Notes under the pieces: generated by a model
Told to the model about the DNA's origin: nothing
Database searches by the model: none
The model's input: only the letters and a program-made list of their open reading frames with translations
Source: Acanthaster planci
Taxonomy: Eukaryota
Direction of reading: 5' to 3'
NCBI RefSeq assembly: GCF_001949145.1
Contig: NW_019091360.1
Location: 2,043,599-2,107,598 of the forward strand
Length of the DNA stretch: 64,000 nucleotides
Shown: piece after piece, positions 13,401 to 25,329 of the stretch
Position numbering within the stretch: position 1 is the first letter of the stretch
How the letters are laid out: the number at the start of each line of letters is the position of its first letter
Program-made: the position numbers and the translations under genes

Positions 13401-13918
13401 ATGCATTTTCAGATGTTGCAAAATTTCTGTAATCCTGGGAAATACATGTACATGTAAGTAGATGCTGGTATACAATGACCTTTGTGCACTGGCACATAAT
13501 GCAGTGTAAGGTTTGAGATCATGACGCGATTAGACCAAAGTTGCAATGAAAAGACCTTTAATTTGTCAAAACTTGCTAAAAAGAGATATAATCTTCAATT
13601 GCCCTAATTTAATATGATAATATTGGCATTGACCTAATGTACCTACATATGTATACAATGTACATGTAGGCATATTAGGAAAGTCCCGCTGATGATGAAA
13701 AAAAAAAATAAATAACATGGGTTCGTCACTTGCACGTTAAATGCCTTTAACATTACAATCTGCTGAGACATGCTGTGTGTTCTCAGTGTACAGCGCAGCA
13801 TGAAAGCTTGTACAGACATGTCACGGTGACCTGTACTGTACTTACTGTACATGAAATGCCTGAGCTTGATAGTTTAAACTATTAACATGATTAAGCCATC
13901 AAGTTTCACAGTACATGT

Positions 13919-14173
13919 GGGTCATTCCATCATGTTGGGGCACAAATTTGTGACGGTGTCAACAGTTACATGGGTTCCGTCAAAATGAACAGTTATTTCC
14001 GTGAATATTGATTCCAAATTGACATTGTGATACATCGTGCAAGACTGAATACAGAGGTGTGTGTTATTTTTACAGAGTAAATGACCTACTCTACAGGTCA
14101 TGACAGACGGTAAAAGTTACCGATGTAACAAGGACACCGTCCCAAATTGTGCCCCAACCTCATGGAATGACCC
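13919..14173. mobile_element. MITE with ~43-bp TIRs
   Basis: GGGTCATTCCATCATGTTGGGGCACAAATTTGTGACGGTGTC ... GACACCGTCCCAAATTGTGCCCCAACCTCATGGAATGACCC. Confidence 0.85.
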
Positions 14174-15689
14174 ATGAACTATGTGCACTTTCTCTTCGGG
14201 AGAACTAAAAAGAAATCTCTCTGGTCAATACTGAATCAATTCTTAAACTGGTATCCTTCATGTAGCATTGTGTTCAGTGATGTCATGATTTTTGTGATCC
14301 TGGGATTCTTTGCTGCATACTATTTTAAGCCACGTCGTCACTGGACTAGAAATTGTAAGAAGTTACTACACCCACGTGTACTTGGTAACATTCCATCTTG
14401 GTTTTCCTTCCATGCATCTTCACATGGATTACTCAGACCCGCAGAAAGTCTATGACCATGCAGCAGCAAATGCTTTCAGAATCTCACGAGGGTGCCCTCC
14501 AATTGACCTTAAACTCTGACACCCGGATACGGCCTCTGGAAAGCATATGAATTATGTTTCAATCGCTTTGAAGTTATTAAGAACCAACTCAGTAGGTTTG
14601 TTTACTAAAACCTGTCCAAGGAATTGCACCTTGCATCTCAATCTTTCAATAAAGTGGTTCTCATCGTTGCCGTTGCTGGTCGTGGAGCTATAGACACAAG
14701 CGTTTCACCCTGCTCCACAGAAAAGAAAATCCAGATCATTTCCCAGATATTCTCCATTATATCGATTGATATTACAAATCAATAAATGGCCAAAGTAGGG
14801 CTCATCATTTGGCACAGTCATGACGGTAGCTGTATGGTTGCGTTCATGGGAAACAAGAGGTCACAACCCATTGACCTGCAAATGGATTTCAGGTGATCAA
14901 AATCCACCAAGTACATGTATTTCTTCTGCAACCCCATTGGCCCTGTAGAACTTCTTTGACAGGAATGTGAAACTTATACATATACAACCAATGATCAACA
15001 CAATGATCAGTTTTGACAGTTTTCTGGCTGTCTGCATTGGATTTAATTGTGTCAAATTGACAACAGCCTCCATACGTTTTCCCCAAAAAAGCTCAGTGCA
15101 AACATGGCTTTAATTACAGAGTCCATTGTCTAAACATTTTCTCCTGGCATGTGTCTACAAGGAACCCATGCAAGTTTCGTGGTTTTCTAAGCCTGTAATT
15201 TCAGAAAAACCTTCTGTTCCATTTAAAACAGTTATAGAAGCTATAGCATTTAATCGGACATTGTCATTTAATGTACATGTGCATGTACATGTACCGTATG
15301 TGTGTACTAAAGGGATATCAACATGCATGTAACTTGCACAAATGGTGAGACCAAATAACCTTTTTTGTGAAATGTAACCGATTCTCTTACACATCATGAA
15401 ACCCGAAGTTTTTTAAATGCTGTCCGTCAAATCCTCATGCACTCAGAGTTGAGGCAGGCAAGCACACATTTGCATGTACATGTACCATGGTGGGCAAGAG
15501 GTGTATCAGTGAAAAAAATCACTTTGGTACCAAACATTTATTGTGGACCCCATTTTGATTGTTTTTAGCAGCATTGTACTGTGGTGAGAGCTTTTCTCCT
15601 TTTGTGCACATTCTTAAAAATCCATAAACCAAAAGCAGATTTCACTTAAGACAACCCAAAATGTAGATCGTGAATTTCTCTTCATCCCT

Positions 15690-18600
15690 TTCATCATTGG
15701 TCAGACAACTTTGTGCATTTAATTCACCAAAGATACTACAGGTATGTGATCTCATGGAAGGCCTTCAATTTTGGAAATTGTGAAAGATGTTGGATATGTA
15801 TACCGTTTGTTTTTTAAATTCGTTTCGCAAAGGTAAATTTTGCCTGGTTTCAGCAATGTGCTTGTTTTTATTTCCTGTTTTCTTTTTTTCCCTTTTCACT
15901 CCAACTTGCTCATTCACTCGCCCACCACCCAACCCGCCAAAATTTTTTTTGATGTAGTAATCATCACCTCACAGCATTCACGGTTGCCAAATGCTGTCAA
16001 CTGAAAAAGTAGGGCTTTGCTGGCAGAATTGAGCATGTCCAGTGACCTCTTCCCCTACTCAAATTCAAATTTGACCTGCATGGCTAATGAGGGCTGTCAA
16101 GCTGCTTGCAGACAATGCTTGGGCAATGCCATTTCTTCAGGTCTATGGCTTATGTAATAAGGCACTGGTTTTCTATAGTGAAAAAGCAGCATCCAAAAAG
16201 CTAACACATTTCTGTAGTGCATCATACAGGAAGGAAAAGACATACATGTACATGTACCTGGTGTTTTGATCTGAACTGAGCAGATAAAAAGCTTGAATAC
16301 TGACAAATTGCCTTTGTATATCTACCCTCTCAATTTATTGGAAACTGCCAAATTACATGCAATTCAAATATAAATCTTTAAAAGTTTTGAACAACTTTAG
16401 TGTTCCAAAAGAAAGTGTAAAACTGTGCACAAGTTATACATTTTGTTGTTAAAGCACACACACAACACAACATAATTAAAAGTCCCTTCATTTTTTTACT
16501 GCTTTTCAGAACTCCCCAAAGAGTGCCTAACAGCAGTCTACCCTCATCATGCTACATGTACCATCAGCAGAAGTCCAGGGATCAGACGAGGTTAGCATGC
16601 ACCTGCTCCACTTTGCTGCCCGTGCTGGTGGCCATTAGGGAACACAGCACAGGTTGGTGGGCTGCATCAATGTTACATTGGTTGTACTTGTGACCGGCGG
16701 AGCAATGAATTCAGGAAGGTCAGAAAGGGGTGAGTTGTTATCAAGTCATTTTCTTCTTGTTTCAAGAATGTTTCATGTCACTTCATACATGTACATGTAC
16801 TGTAGATGCAAGGATCCATTTGGATGTTGGTTAATTTTCAAAAGCACCACAAAAAAATTTAAAGAGGGAAAATTTTGCGCTGCAGATCTTGACCACCAAA
16901 ATTCGGCAATAGAAAAACACAAAGTGCTGTATGAATTGTCAATTTATTTGGGTTATTTTATTCTCTAGCGCCCGCAAACATGTACACGTGTGATTTGTGG
17001 TTATTTGAATCTCAGGTTTTGGGGTCAGTTTAAAGTCAAGTTTTACATCATAGCAAAGTCGCAAGTCAAGCTTTATGTTGGTGTGTTTTTACTTCATGTG
17101 TTTAGAGTAGACAGGTTATGTTGAGCTACAGGAAATACACTCGGCTGTACAGTTCAGAGGAGACGGAATCTCCTCCAATCATTGGATTTTATTGATGAGG
17201 TCCTACTTCAACAGTCCAAATTATTCTTAAGGCTTTGCATTCACATTTTCCTTTGTCAAATAGTTAACCAAAACGATAACTCGGTTCCCTCAAATCCTGT
17301 TTTCAGTTTCAAGTGTTTTAATCAAAGTCGTTACAAAACTGATTACTGCAAGAACTTGTCATATACTGTAATGAAAAGATTTTGAAGAGTCTCAATACTT
17401 GTTAGTCAATTTCATTTAACTTTATTCATTTTATTTTGGAAATCTTCCATTCTGGCAATCAGTTAGCACTCTCTCATGCCCAAAGGTCCATCTTGCCTCA
17501 TCCTTCAGAACCTGCAGTCAGAATAAAAAATACAAACTTTTAAGTCAGTAAAACAAACTGGAAGCAAATTACCATCTCATATTTTTATGTTATCATTCAC
17601 TTCTTGTTGTTTGACATTCACTGGAGATACATGTATGTAGTGCTGGCTTTTAATTGAAGTTTCTTCCCAAACGTTTCAAGATTTAAGACAACACTTAATG
17701 CTAAATGAAAGTTGGGACCTCATCAATAAAATTTGATGCATCTGAGGTAACTCAAGACTTTTTTAACTGTACGACAAAAGGTATTCCTTGGAGTTTGACA
17801 TTGCTTGGCCAACTTAAAACACTTGAAATAAAAACACACCAACATAAAGCTCAACTTCTAACTTTGTTTAGGTATAAATNNNNNNNNNNNNNNNNNNNNN
17901 NNNNNNNNNNNNNNNNNNNNNNNNNNNNNNNNNNNNNNNNNNNNNNNNNNNNNNNNNNNNNNNNNNNNNNNNNNNNNNNNNNNNNNNNNNNNNNNNNNNN
18001 NNNNNNNNNNNNNNNNNNNNNNNNNNNNNNNNNNNNNNNNNNNNNNNNNNNNNNNNNNNNNNNNNNNNNNNNNNNNNNNNNNNNNNNNNNNNNNNNNNNN
18101 NNNNNNNNNNNNNNNNNNNNNNNNNNNNNNNNNNNNNNNNNNNNNNNNNNNNNNNNNNNNNNNNNNNNNNNNNNNNNNNNNNNNNNNNNNNNNNNNNNNN
18201 NNNNNNNNNNNNNNNNNNNNNNNNNNNNNNNNNNNNNNNNNNNNNNNNNNNNNNNNNNNNNNNNNNNNNNNNNNNNNNNNNNNNNNNNNNNNNNNNNNNN
18301 NNNNNNNNNNNNNNNNNNNNNNNNNNNNNNNNNNNNNNNNNNNNNNNNNNNNNNNNNNNNNNNNNNNNNNNNNNNNNNNNNNNNNNNNNNNNNNNNNNNN
18401 NNNNNNNNNNNNNNNNNNNNNNNNNNNNNNNNNNNNNNNNNNNNNNNNNNNNNNNNNNNNNTTGGGAGGGGTAGGGGAGGGTTAGGGTGGGTAGGTTGGG
18501 AAGGGGGGTGCTGAAAAGTTTGTTGGAAACAGCTCAAATATATACAGAAATAAAACAGTGACAAACAAAAAATGCTGCCTTGGTAATTTTTTCTTATGTG

Positions 18601-21180
18601 TATTTCATCCCGCCCCGCGTGACCCAACCCCATCCCCGCGCGACCCACCCCATCCCCGCGCGACCCAACCCCAGCCCCGCGCGACCCAACCCAGCCCCGC
18701 GCGACCCACCCCCGCCCCCCCAACCCATCCCCGCGCGACCCAACCCCACCCCCCGCGACCCTCCCCGCACCCTGCCCAGTGCGACCCAAGTTGGTGGAGC
18801 ATCAATGTTGCACTGGTGGTACTTGCAACAGGAGGAACAATGAATTAAGGAAGACAAAAAAGGGAACAGTCGTTATCTTGTCAATTTCTTCAAGTCTCAA
18901 GAAAGTTTTATGTCACTGTGGAGGTCAAATATCAGGTCTTTTGGGTCAGTTCCAAGTCATGTTTCATACCACAACAAAGTTAAAAGTCAAGCCTTATTTT
19001 TGTGTCTTTATGTGAAGTGTTTAGCGTAAACAGATAATGTTGAACTTCAAGAAATACAATTCTCTGTACAGTTCCATTTCCTCCGGTCATTGGATTTTGT
19101 AGAGGCCCTAATGTTGGGCAACATTATATTGTCCAAATCATTCAAAAAATTGGGTGTAAGAATTTAAATAAGTAGCCAGAAGTATCTCCAGTAATAAGCA
19201 AACATCAAGTAAAAAAATAATTACAAAAATTAGTGATGGTAATTTGCTTCCAGTTAGTTGCGCTGACTTTTTAAAAGTTGCAGATTTGGAACTTGTCAGA
19301 GTAGAAGGATTTCAAAAACAGTTAGCTTGAATGAAATTAACTGTTCAGGGCTCTCAAACTCTTGCACACGTAATTGTAACTTATTGCATTTATCGGCTGT
19401 CAATCATTTTTATTAAAAACCTTGGTGATACATGTACCAGTACTGAAAAACACGATTTGAGTGACGAGTTAATCGCTGATGTCTTGGTTGACTTTTGACA
19501 AAGTAAATTGTTGAATGTTAAGCCTTAAAAGATAATATTGACTATGAAAATAGGACATCAACAAAAAGCATTGATCAGAGGAACTTCAGTACCTTCTGAA
19601 CTGTACAGCTAACTGTATTCCTTGAAGTTCAATGTTATCTCTCTACTCTAAACGCTTGAAGTAAAAACACACCAACATAAAGTTTGACTTGTGACTTTGC
19701 TATGATGTAAAACTTAACGTTCAACTGACCTAAAAAACCTGAGATCTGATAACCACAAATCACACATGAACATGCTGCAGTCCCGGGTTTAAAAATGTGA
19801 ATAAATTGACCAAAACAGACAATTTTATGCAGCGCCTTGTGTTCTTTATATTGTGTTTTTCTACTGCTGAATTTTTGGATGGTTTACATTATATAAAAAG
19901 CAGCAAAGATCCACACACAGCGCAAAGATTCCAAAAAATGGTAGAAACTGACAACAGAAACTGACAAATTTCCCTCTTTTTCTTTTTGGAATTGTTGCTG
20001 CGGCTTTTTTGGTGGTGCTTTTGAAAATAACCAACATTCAAATGGATCCTTGCATCTATATGTACATGTATGAAGTGACATGAAACATTCTTGAAACGAA
20101 GAAAATGACTTGATAACGACTCACCCCTTTCTGACCTTCCTGAATTCATTGCTCCGCCGGTCACAAGTACAACCAATGTAACATTGATGCAGCCCACCAA
20201 CCTGCGCTGTGTTCCCTAATGGCCACCAGCACGGGCAGCGAAGTGGAGCAGGTGCATGCTGACCTCATCTGGTTCCCAGACCTCCATCGATGGCCGCATG
20301 ATGAGGGTAGACTGCTTTGCTAGGTACTCCTGGAGTTTTAAAAAGCAATCAGAAAACGAAAGGAATTACATGTATACATGTTTTGAGAATGCAGTATGCA
20401 ATCACAATCAACTGTAAACCTTGCCAACACAATTTAGAATGTTTTTACTTTCATTATAAAGACACAACATATATACAAGTAACTCTATTAAAGATTTATG
20501 TTTGAAATGCATGTAATTTGGCAGTTTCCCATAAATCCAGATGGTAAATATACAAACCAGGAAGGCAATTTGTCAGTGTTCAAGCTTTTCTATCTGCTCA
20601 CTTCAGATCAAACACCAGGTACATATTGGGATACACGTACATGTCTTTTTCCTTCCGCCATGAAATAGAAATGTGCTGGTTTTTTGGATGCTGCTTTTTC
20701 ACTATTGAAGTCCTAGCTGGGTCTTATTACATAACAAGCCATAGACCAGAAGCAAGGGCATTGCTCAAGCATTATCTGCAAGCAGCTTGACAGCCCTCAT
20801 TAGCCATGCAGGTCAAATTTGAATTTGAGTAGTGGAAGAGGTCACTGGACATGCTCAATTCTGCCAGCAAAGCCCTACTTTTGCTGTTGACAGCATCTGG
20901 CAACCGCGAATGCTGTGAGGTGCTGATAACTACTTCAAAAAAAATTTTGGCGGGTTGGGTGGTGGGCGAGTGAGTGAGCAAGTTGGAGTGAAAAGGAAAA
21001 AATTAAAAAAGAAAACAAAAAAAAGGACAGAAAGAAACAAAAAATTCTGAACGCAAGCAAAAATTACCTTTCTCGGAGGATAAAAAACATAGTGTACATC
21101 TACAGAACAGAAATCTTACCTTATTCCAAAAAATGAAACCTTCAATAAAGCACAGGTTTTTCTGACCAATTTTAAAGTTT
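15690..21180. repeat. Large inverted duplication, arms ~15690-17879 and ~18970-21180, flanking a gap
   Basis: Long colinear reverse-complement matches, e.g. 15895-16330 vs 20560-20995, 16510-16850 vs 20010-20340, and 17535-17670 vs 19150-19280. Confidence 0.9.
18610..18790. repeat. GC-rich minisatellite, ~21-22 bp unit (CCCCGCGCGACCCAACCCCA)
   Basis: About 8 imperfect tandem units visible; the overlapping ORFs are by-products. Confidence 0.9.
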
Positions 21181-21924
21181 TTTGATTTCAGATTTCCAAA
21201 ATGAAAATGTGGATGAAGAGAAATACATGTACTCCACTGTTACAATCACAGTACAAATACTATAAAGTTTCAGTTCTCTTAGCTGTGTTAACTTTTGTTG
21301 TTTTAGGGGCTTTTACAATGTGCACATAAGATGGAAAGCTCTCACTACAGTACAAGACCAAGACAGCTACATGTATATGAACACAACAGATCCACACAAA
21401 ATGTTTGGTATAGCAATTTTCTTTCTCTTATGCACCTATTCCCAGCTTGTACTGGTTCAAATGTGTGGAGGCCTGCCTTACCGTACGTGTCTGCATCAGG
21501 ATTTGGGGAAGTTGAAAATAAATACATGGAACACCGTAACTGTTGCACTTGTCCACGTTATATTCTTTTCCAATCTGCATACTATTCATTGCTAATTTCC
21601 AGGGACACTGTACAAGTCGAAGTACTTATTCACAATGTTTGCTCATGTCACATGTCCTGACAAAAGATATTGGCTACATTACGTGCTGGCTGTTTTTTTG
21701 TAACATTTTCCTAAACTCTCGAGTCATTTTCATCAGTCCTAAATATTTTTCTTTTACACGTATTTGAAGCAAGTTTTTAATCTTCACTAAAATTGTACGC
21801 AAAATTTGAGAGCAACGGGAAATGTATTCAAGATGGTTCTTCATAGTACTTCACGTTTGTTATAGTGGCACTGTAGTGTACCTGGACCAGGAACCTATTT
21901 TAGGAACCAATGAGTCTCTACTTC

Positions 21925-22010
21925 AGAGAGCCAGACTTGTGGAATGGTACCCACCTCACCCTCAAAATGACCTGGGTTCGAATCCCACCTAGGCCGACAT
22001 GAGGAGTGAA
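21925..22010 (+). mobile_element. Degenerate tRNA-derived SINE-like head carried in the duplicated module
   Basis: B-box GGTTCGAATCCC followed by ACCTAGGCCGACATGAG; paralogues at ~10431-10510 (-) and ~31137-31205 (+). Confidence 0.5.
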
Positions 22011-22102
22011 ATAAGGAGTCAACACAAACACATACCAAAAGAACAAAAAACATTTGAAATTGGCCTGAAAAATTTGTGCAGCTGGTAGAATGAAAATCTT
22101 AC

Positions 22103-22187
22103 CATTTTTGAAGTCCAAGAACTCTTGTTCATAGTGGAGAGGGTATCCTTTCTGCAGGCATCCAAGAAGACAGCGTCTGCCATCAAC
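22103..22187 (-). other. Reiterated exon-like module A, copy 3
   Basis: TTCTCCCTCAG|GTTGATGGCAG...AACAAGAGTTCTTGGACTTCAAAAATG|GTAAGATTT. Confidence 0.55.
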
Positions 22188-23729
22188 CTGAGGGAGAATC
22201 CAAGAAACAATCATGTAATAATTGATTTTGTTGTAGACGATAAATAAGCTTTCCTGTAGCTTGTGCTGCGCCTTCATGGATCTGTCTAAAGCATAAACAC
22301 TTCACAAAGTATAGGCTTTCAAAGTGGTCCGTATTTGTAAATATTAATGTTTGTTGTATTTGTCAATTTTACTTTTCCGTGTTAGTTTCTAACAATTTTT
22401 TTTGTAATGATCGCAGGGCCCTCATGGGAACCAGTTTGTAACTGTTTGGGCATACCCTGGGTAAAGAAATGAAATAAATAAAGAACCTACCCTAATAAAT
22501 CTGTAATTTTGGGCACCATAAAGTGAAATGACACTCAGACTTTGACACGTTATAACAAAAAACTGTTGAAGAGGTACTGAAAAGGCCTCAAACATTTTGA
22601 CATCTAGTATCTGAGAGATAGATTGGCCACACAAACATCAATACAATGAATTCATTGGCTAAAAATAAACGCAAGAGAAATAAGAGGCATTTTCCTTCCA
22701 CAACCAACTGGGGCGATTTTGGAAACATGTAAGGCCAAATTTTGTGTCTGTGTTAAGTTGGTTGGATGACATGACAGGGATACATACAACAGTCATGCAT
22801 GAAGATACATGCAAGCTGCTGGCTTAGTTATGTCCAACGTGCATTGAAACGAGGAGTTTTGATGACGTACAGAAAATACATAATAGAAATGAATTTTTAA
22901 CATGCATGAACCTAAAATCTTACTCTTAGCTGGACACAATCATTGTGAAATTTGCTCCGAAATAATGGAGTACGATACATTGAAGGTGGAGTGGAACGTA
23001 ACATATTTGCTTGGCATACATGTGCATGTGTGTGTACACTTGTGTTTAGATGCAGTGGCAGTAGACTACAAGTATGTGTTCATACACGGCGGAGAATAAC
23101 GCGGTCAGTGTAGGAGTATTCAGACCTGTATCGGACGGTCATTCATTTGTATGTACATGTACATATGTATGAAGCTTCTAGAAAAAAAGACAGCAACCCA
23201 TGTGCGTGCCTGTATGCCGTGTCTACAATTCTCAATGTATCTCGGGAAAAAGTGATAATACACATATTGGATTCTTGTAGTGAAAGTGAGTGGATTCGAT
23301 TCCTATAACAGTTACTATAATTTACTCATCGATGAACGAGGTTGATGGCATGGAACCTGTCTGTGTAGCAGGGTTAAGGTCCCAAACCCTAATGGTGGCC
23401 CAGCAGCACAGCACCGACATGACTGAGGCCATGACAGCAGCTACAACACAACACAAGCAGTCGGCGAGACTTATCTATCATTTTCCAAACTTTTAAATTG
23501 CTTCTGTAAACGCTGGATATTTATCTCAGCAGTCTTCCAAAAATTCTTGGCAAATTACTTATCTGTGACTCTGGGGAAAGTTTAAAACCTATCCTTATTG
23601 TCTTGAGTGTTGTCCGGGAACAATCCATTTAACCCCTTATTGCACGGGAAACCTGAAGAAACATGAAGTCTCAGTTAAAGAGATTCTTGTCCGAAGCAAC
23701 AAAACTGCACAAGACAAAAACACAATAAA

Positions 23730-24960
23730 TTGTGCACTCTAACGTGATGGGTGGAACAATCAACATGGTGGATAAGAGCCATGCAAGAACAATGTATCTT
23801 GAGTATGCCTCTTCCGCAAGGCTCACGAGTGCAAATGCTCCCTACACACGCAGTGTGTACAGTCCTGGCAACCCCCAATTATTTCAGGGTCACTGGCATA
23901 TCATTAATACATAATGAGCGTTTCTGAAATTGGTGAAAAGGGTCTTACGGGAGCCCATGTTTTTGACATTTTTTCAACTATAAATGAAAAACTTCTCCAT
24001 TTTGTCATGCTGATTTTGGATGAATGGTCTTGTCACCTGTTGCATAAAAGCTATAACAGGGGAAAGAAGGGTTTCTTTTCATTTCATAACATGTATTAAA
24101 CAGACGCAACATATTTTCAGATATTCTTTTAGGTAAATCTACCATGTTTGGGTTTATATCATGTGAGGGCTGAGTGTCTCGATTGGCAAGGAAAGACCCG
24201 GCATTTTTTTAGGAGCAAATTCATAGTTTAAGTACACACAACAATGCATTTTTTTATCAACACACAATCAATATGGTTTCTCTAACACCAAAAAGGTAGT
24301 GAATATCAGAACATACACTAGTCCCCAACTGCCATTTTTCACTTTGAACTGAGGTTTCCTGAAAGATTTTCTAATAAAATGAGATGCGAGACATAAACTG
24401 GTTTCTGATGAAAATCAAGTGCCCTGAGCTTGAAATTTGATGTGCACGTAATTCTGAGTAGCGGGTTGTTTGTACATCTCTTGATATGCATTAATGCCGT
24501 TAGATTTGGATCTAACAGCATTAATGCATAGCAAGCGCTACAAAAGACGGCATTCTTGATCATGTTAAACAAAATGCATTTCCTATCAAAATTTTATGGA
24601 AATTTTCAATGTTAAAGTGGAAATGAAAAGAAACTACTCTTTCCCCGATTATAACCTTTATACGAGTACAACAAGTGACAAGATAATCTCCCAATATTAA
24701 CATGGAAAAACAGTTTTCACACTCATGGTTGAAAAATGTCCCATAATGGGCTCCCACAAGCCCCTTTTTTGCCGATTTCAGAAACACTCATTATGTATTA
24801 ATGATATGCTAGTGATCCCAAAACATCAGAGGGGGGCTATGGCTGTTAACAGGGTGCAACTTTACACACAAGTCTCATGGTAGAGGCATGCTCCAAAGAG
24901 TCCAGATGCGATGTTCTTCCATGGTTCTGGTCCACTCTGTTGTTTCATCCATTAGTGGAT
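23730..24960. repeat. Old fold-back/MITE-like element with ~400-bp diverged inverted arms
   Basis: 23730-24130 matches the reverse complement of 24570-24960 (e.g. GCATATCATTAATACATAATGAG.GTTTCTGAAAT in both). Termini and TSD not resolved. Confidence 0.75.
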
Positions 24961-25329
24961 CCACTTACAGTGTTTTAAAGGTTTCCATGCAATAATGCAA
25001 TACATCGATCATTCTCGGACAACACTAGACACAATAATACATGAGCAAGAAAACGCTGTGCCCAGTTTCAGACCAGCCTTGTGTTTGCATGCTCAGCCGC
25101 TGACTGTTGTCTTGATAGCCCCTATTATTCTCAGTTGGTAACATTGCAGTTTGAGAAAAACTTTGAGCTCCTTGTTATCGTCGACAACATTTTCTCGGCG
25201 GATTTGTATGTATTTGTCACAAAAGTTGACTGTGTCGTCTAGCTTTCTCTGCTCAAGACACTCCCTGCACGGGGTTTCTTTATAATGCAGAGGCCTCTTT
25301 GTGGTGTCTGCCAACCCACTCGCTGGACA

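Noticed and set aside
18558..18857. Pro/Arg- and Gly-rich ORFs
   Set aside because: Translations of the GC-rich minisatellite.
20201..20340. Ankyrin-like word LLHFAARAGGH in an exon-like segment (paralogue at ~16510-16652)
   Set aside because: Immediately followed by a stop in both copies, with no further ankyrin repeats; insufficient for a gene call.
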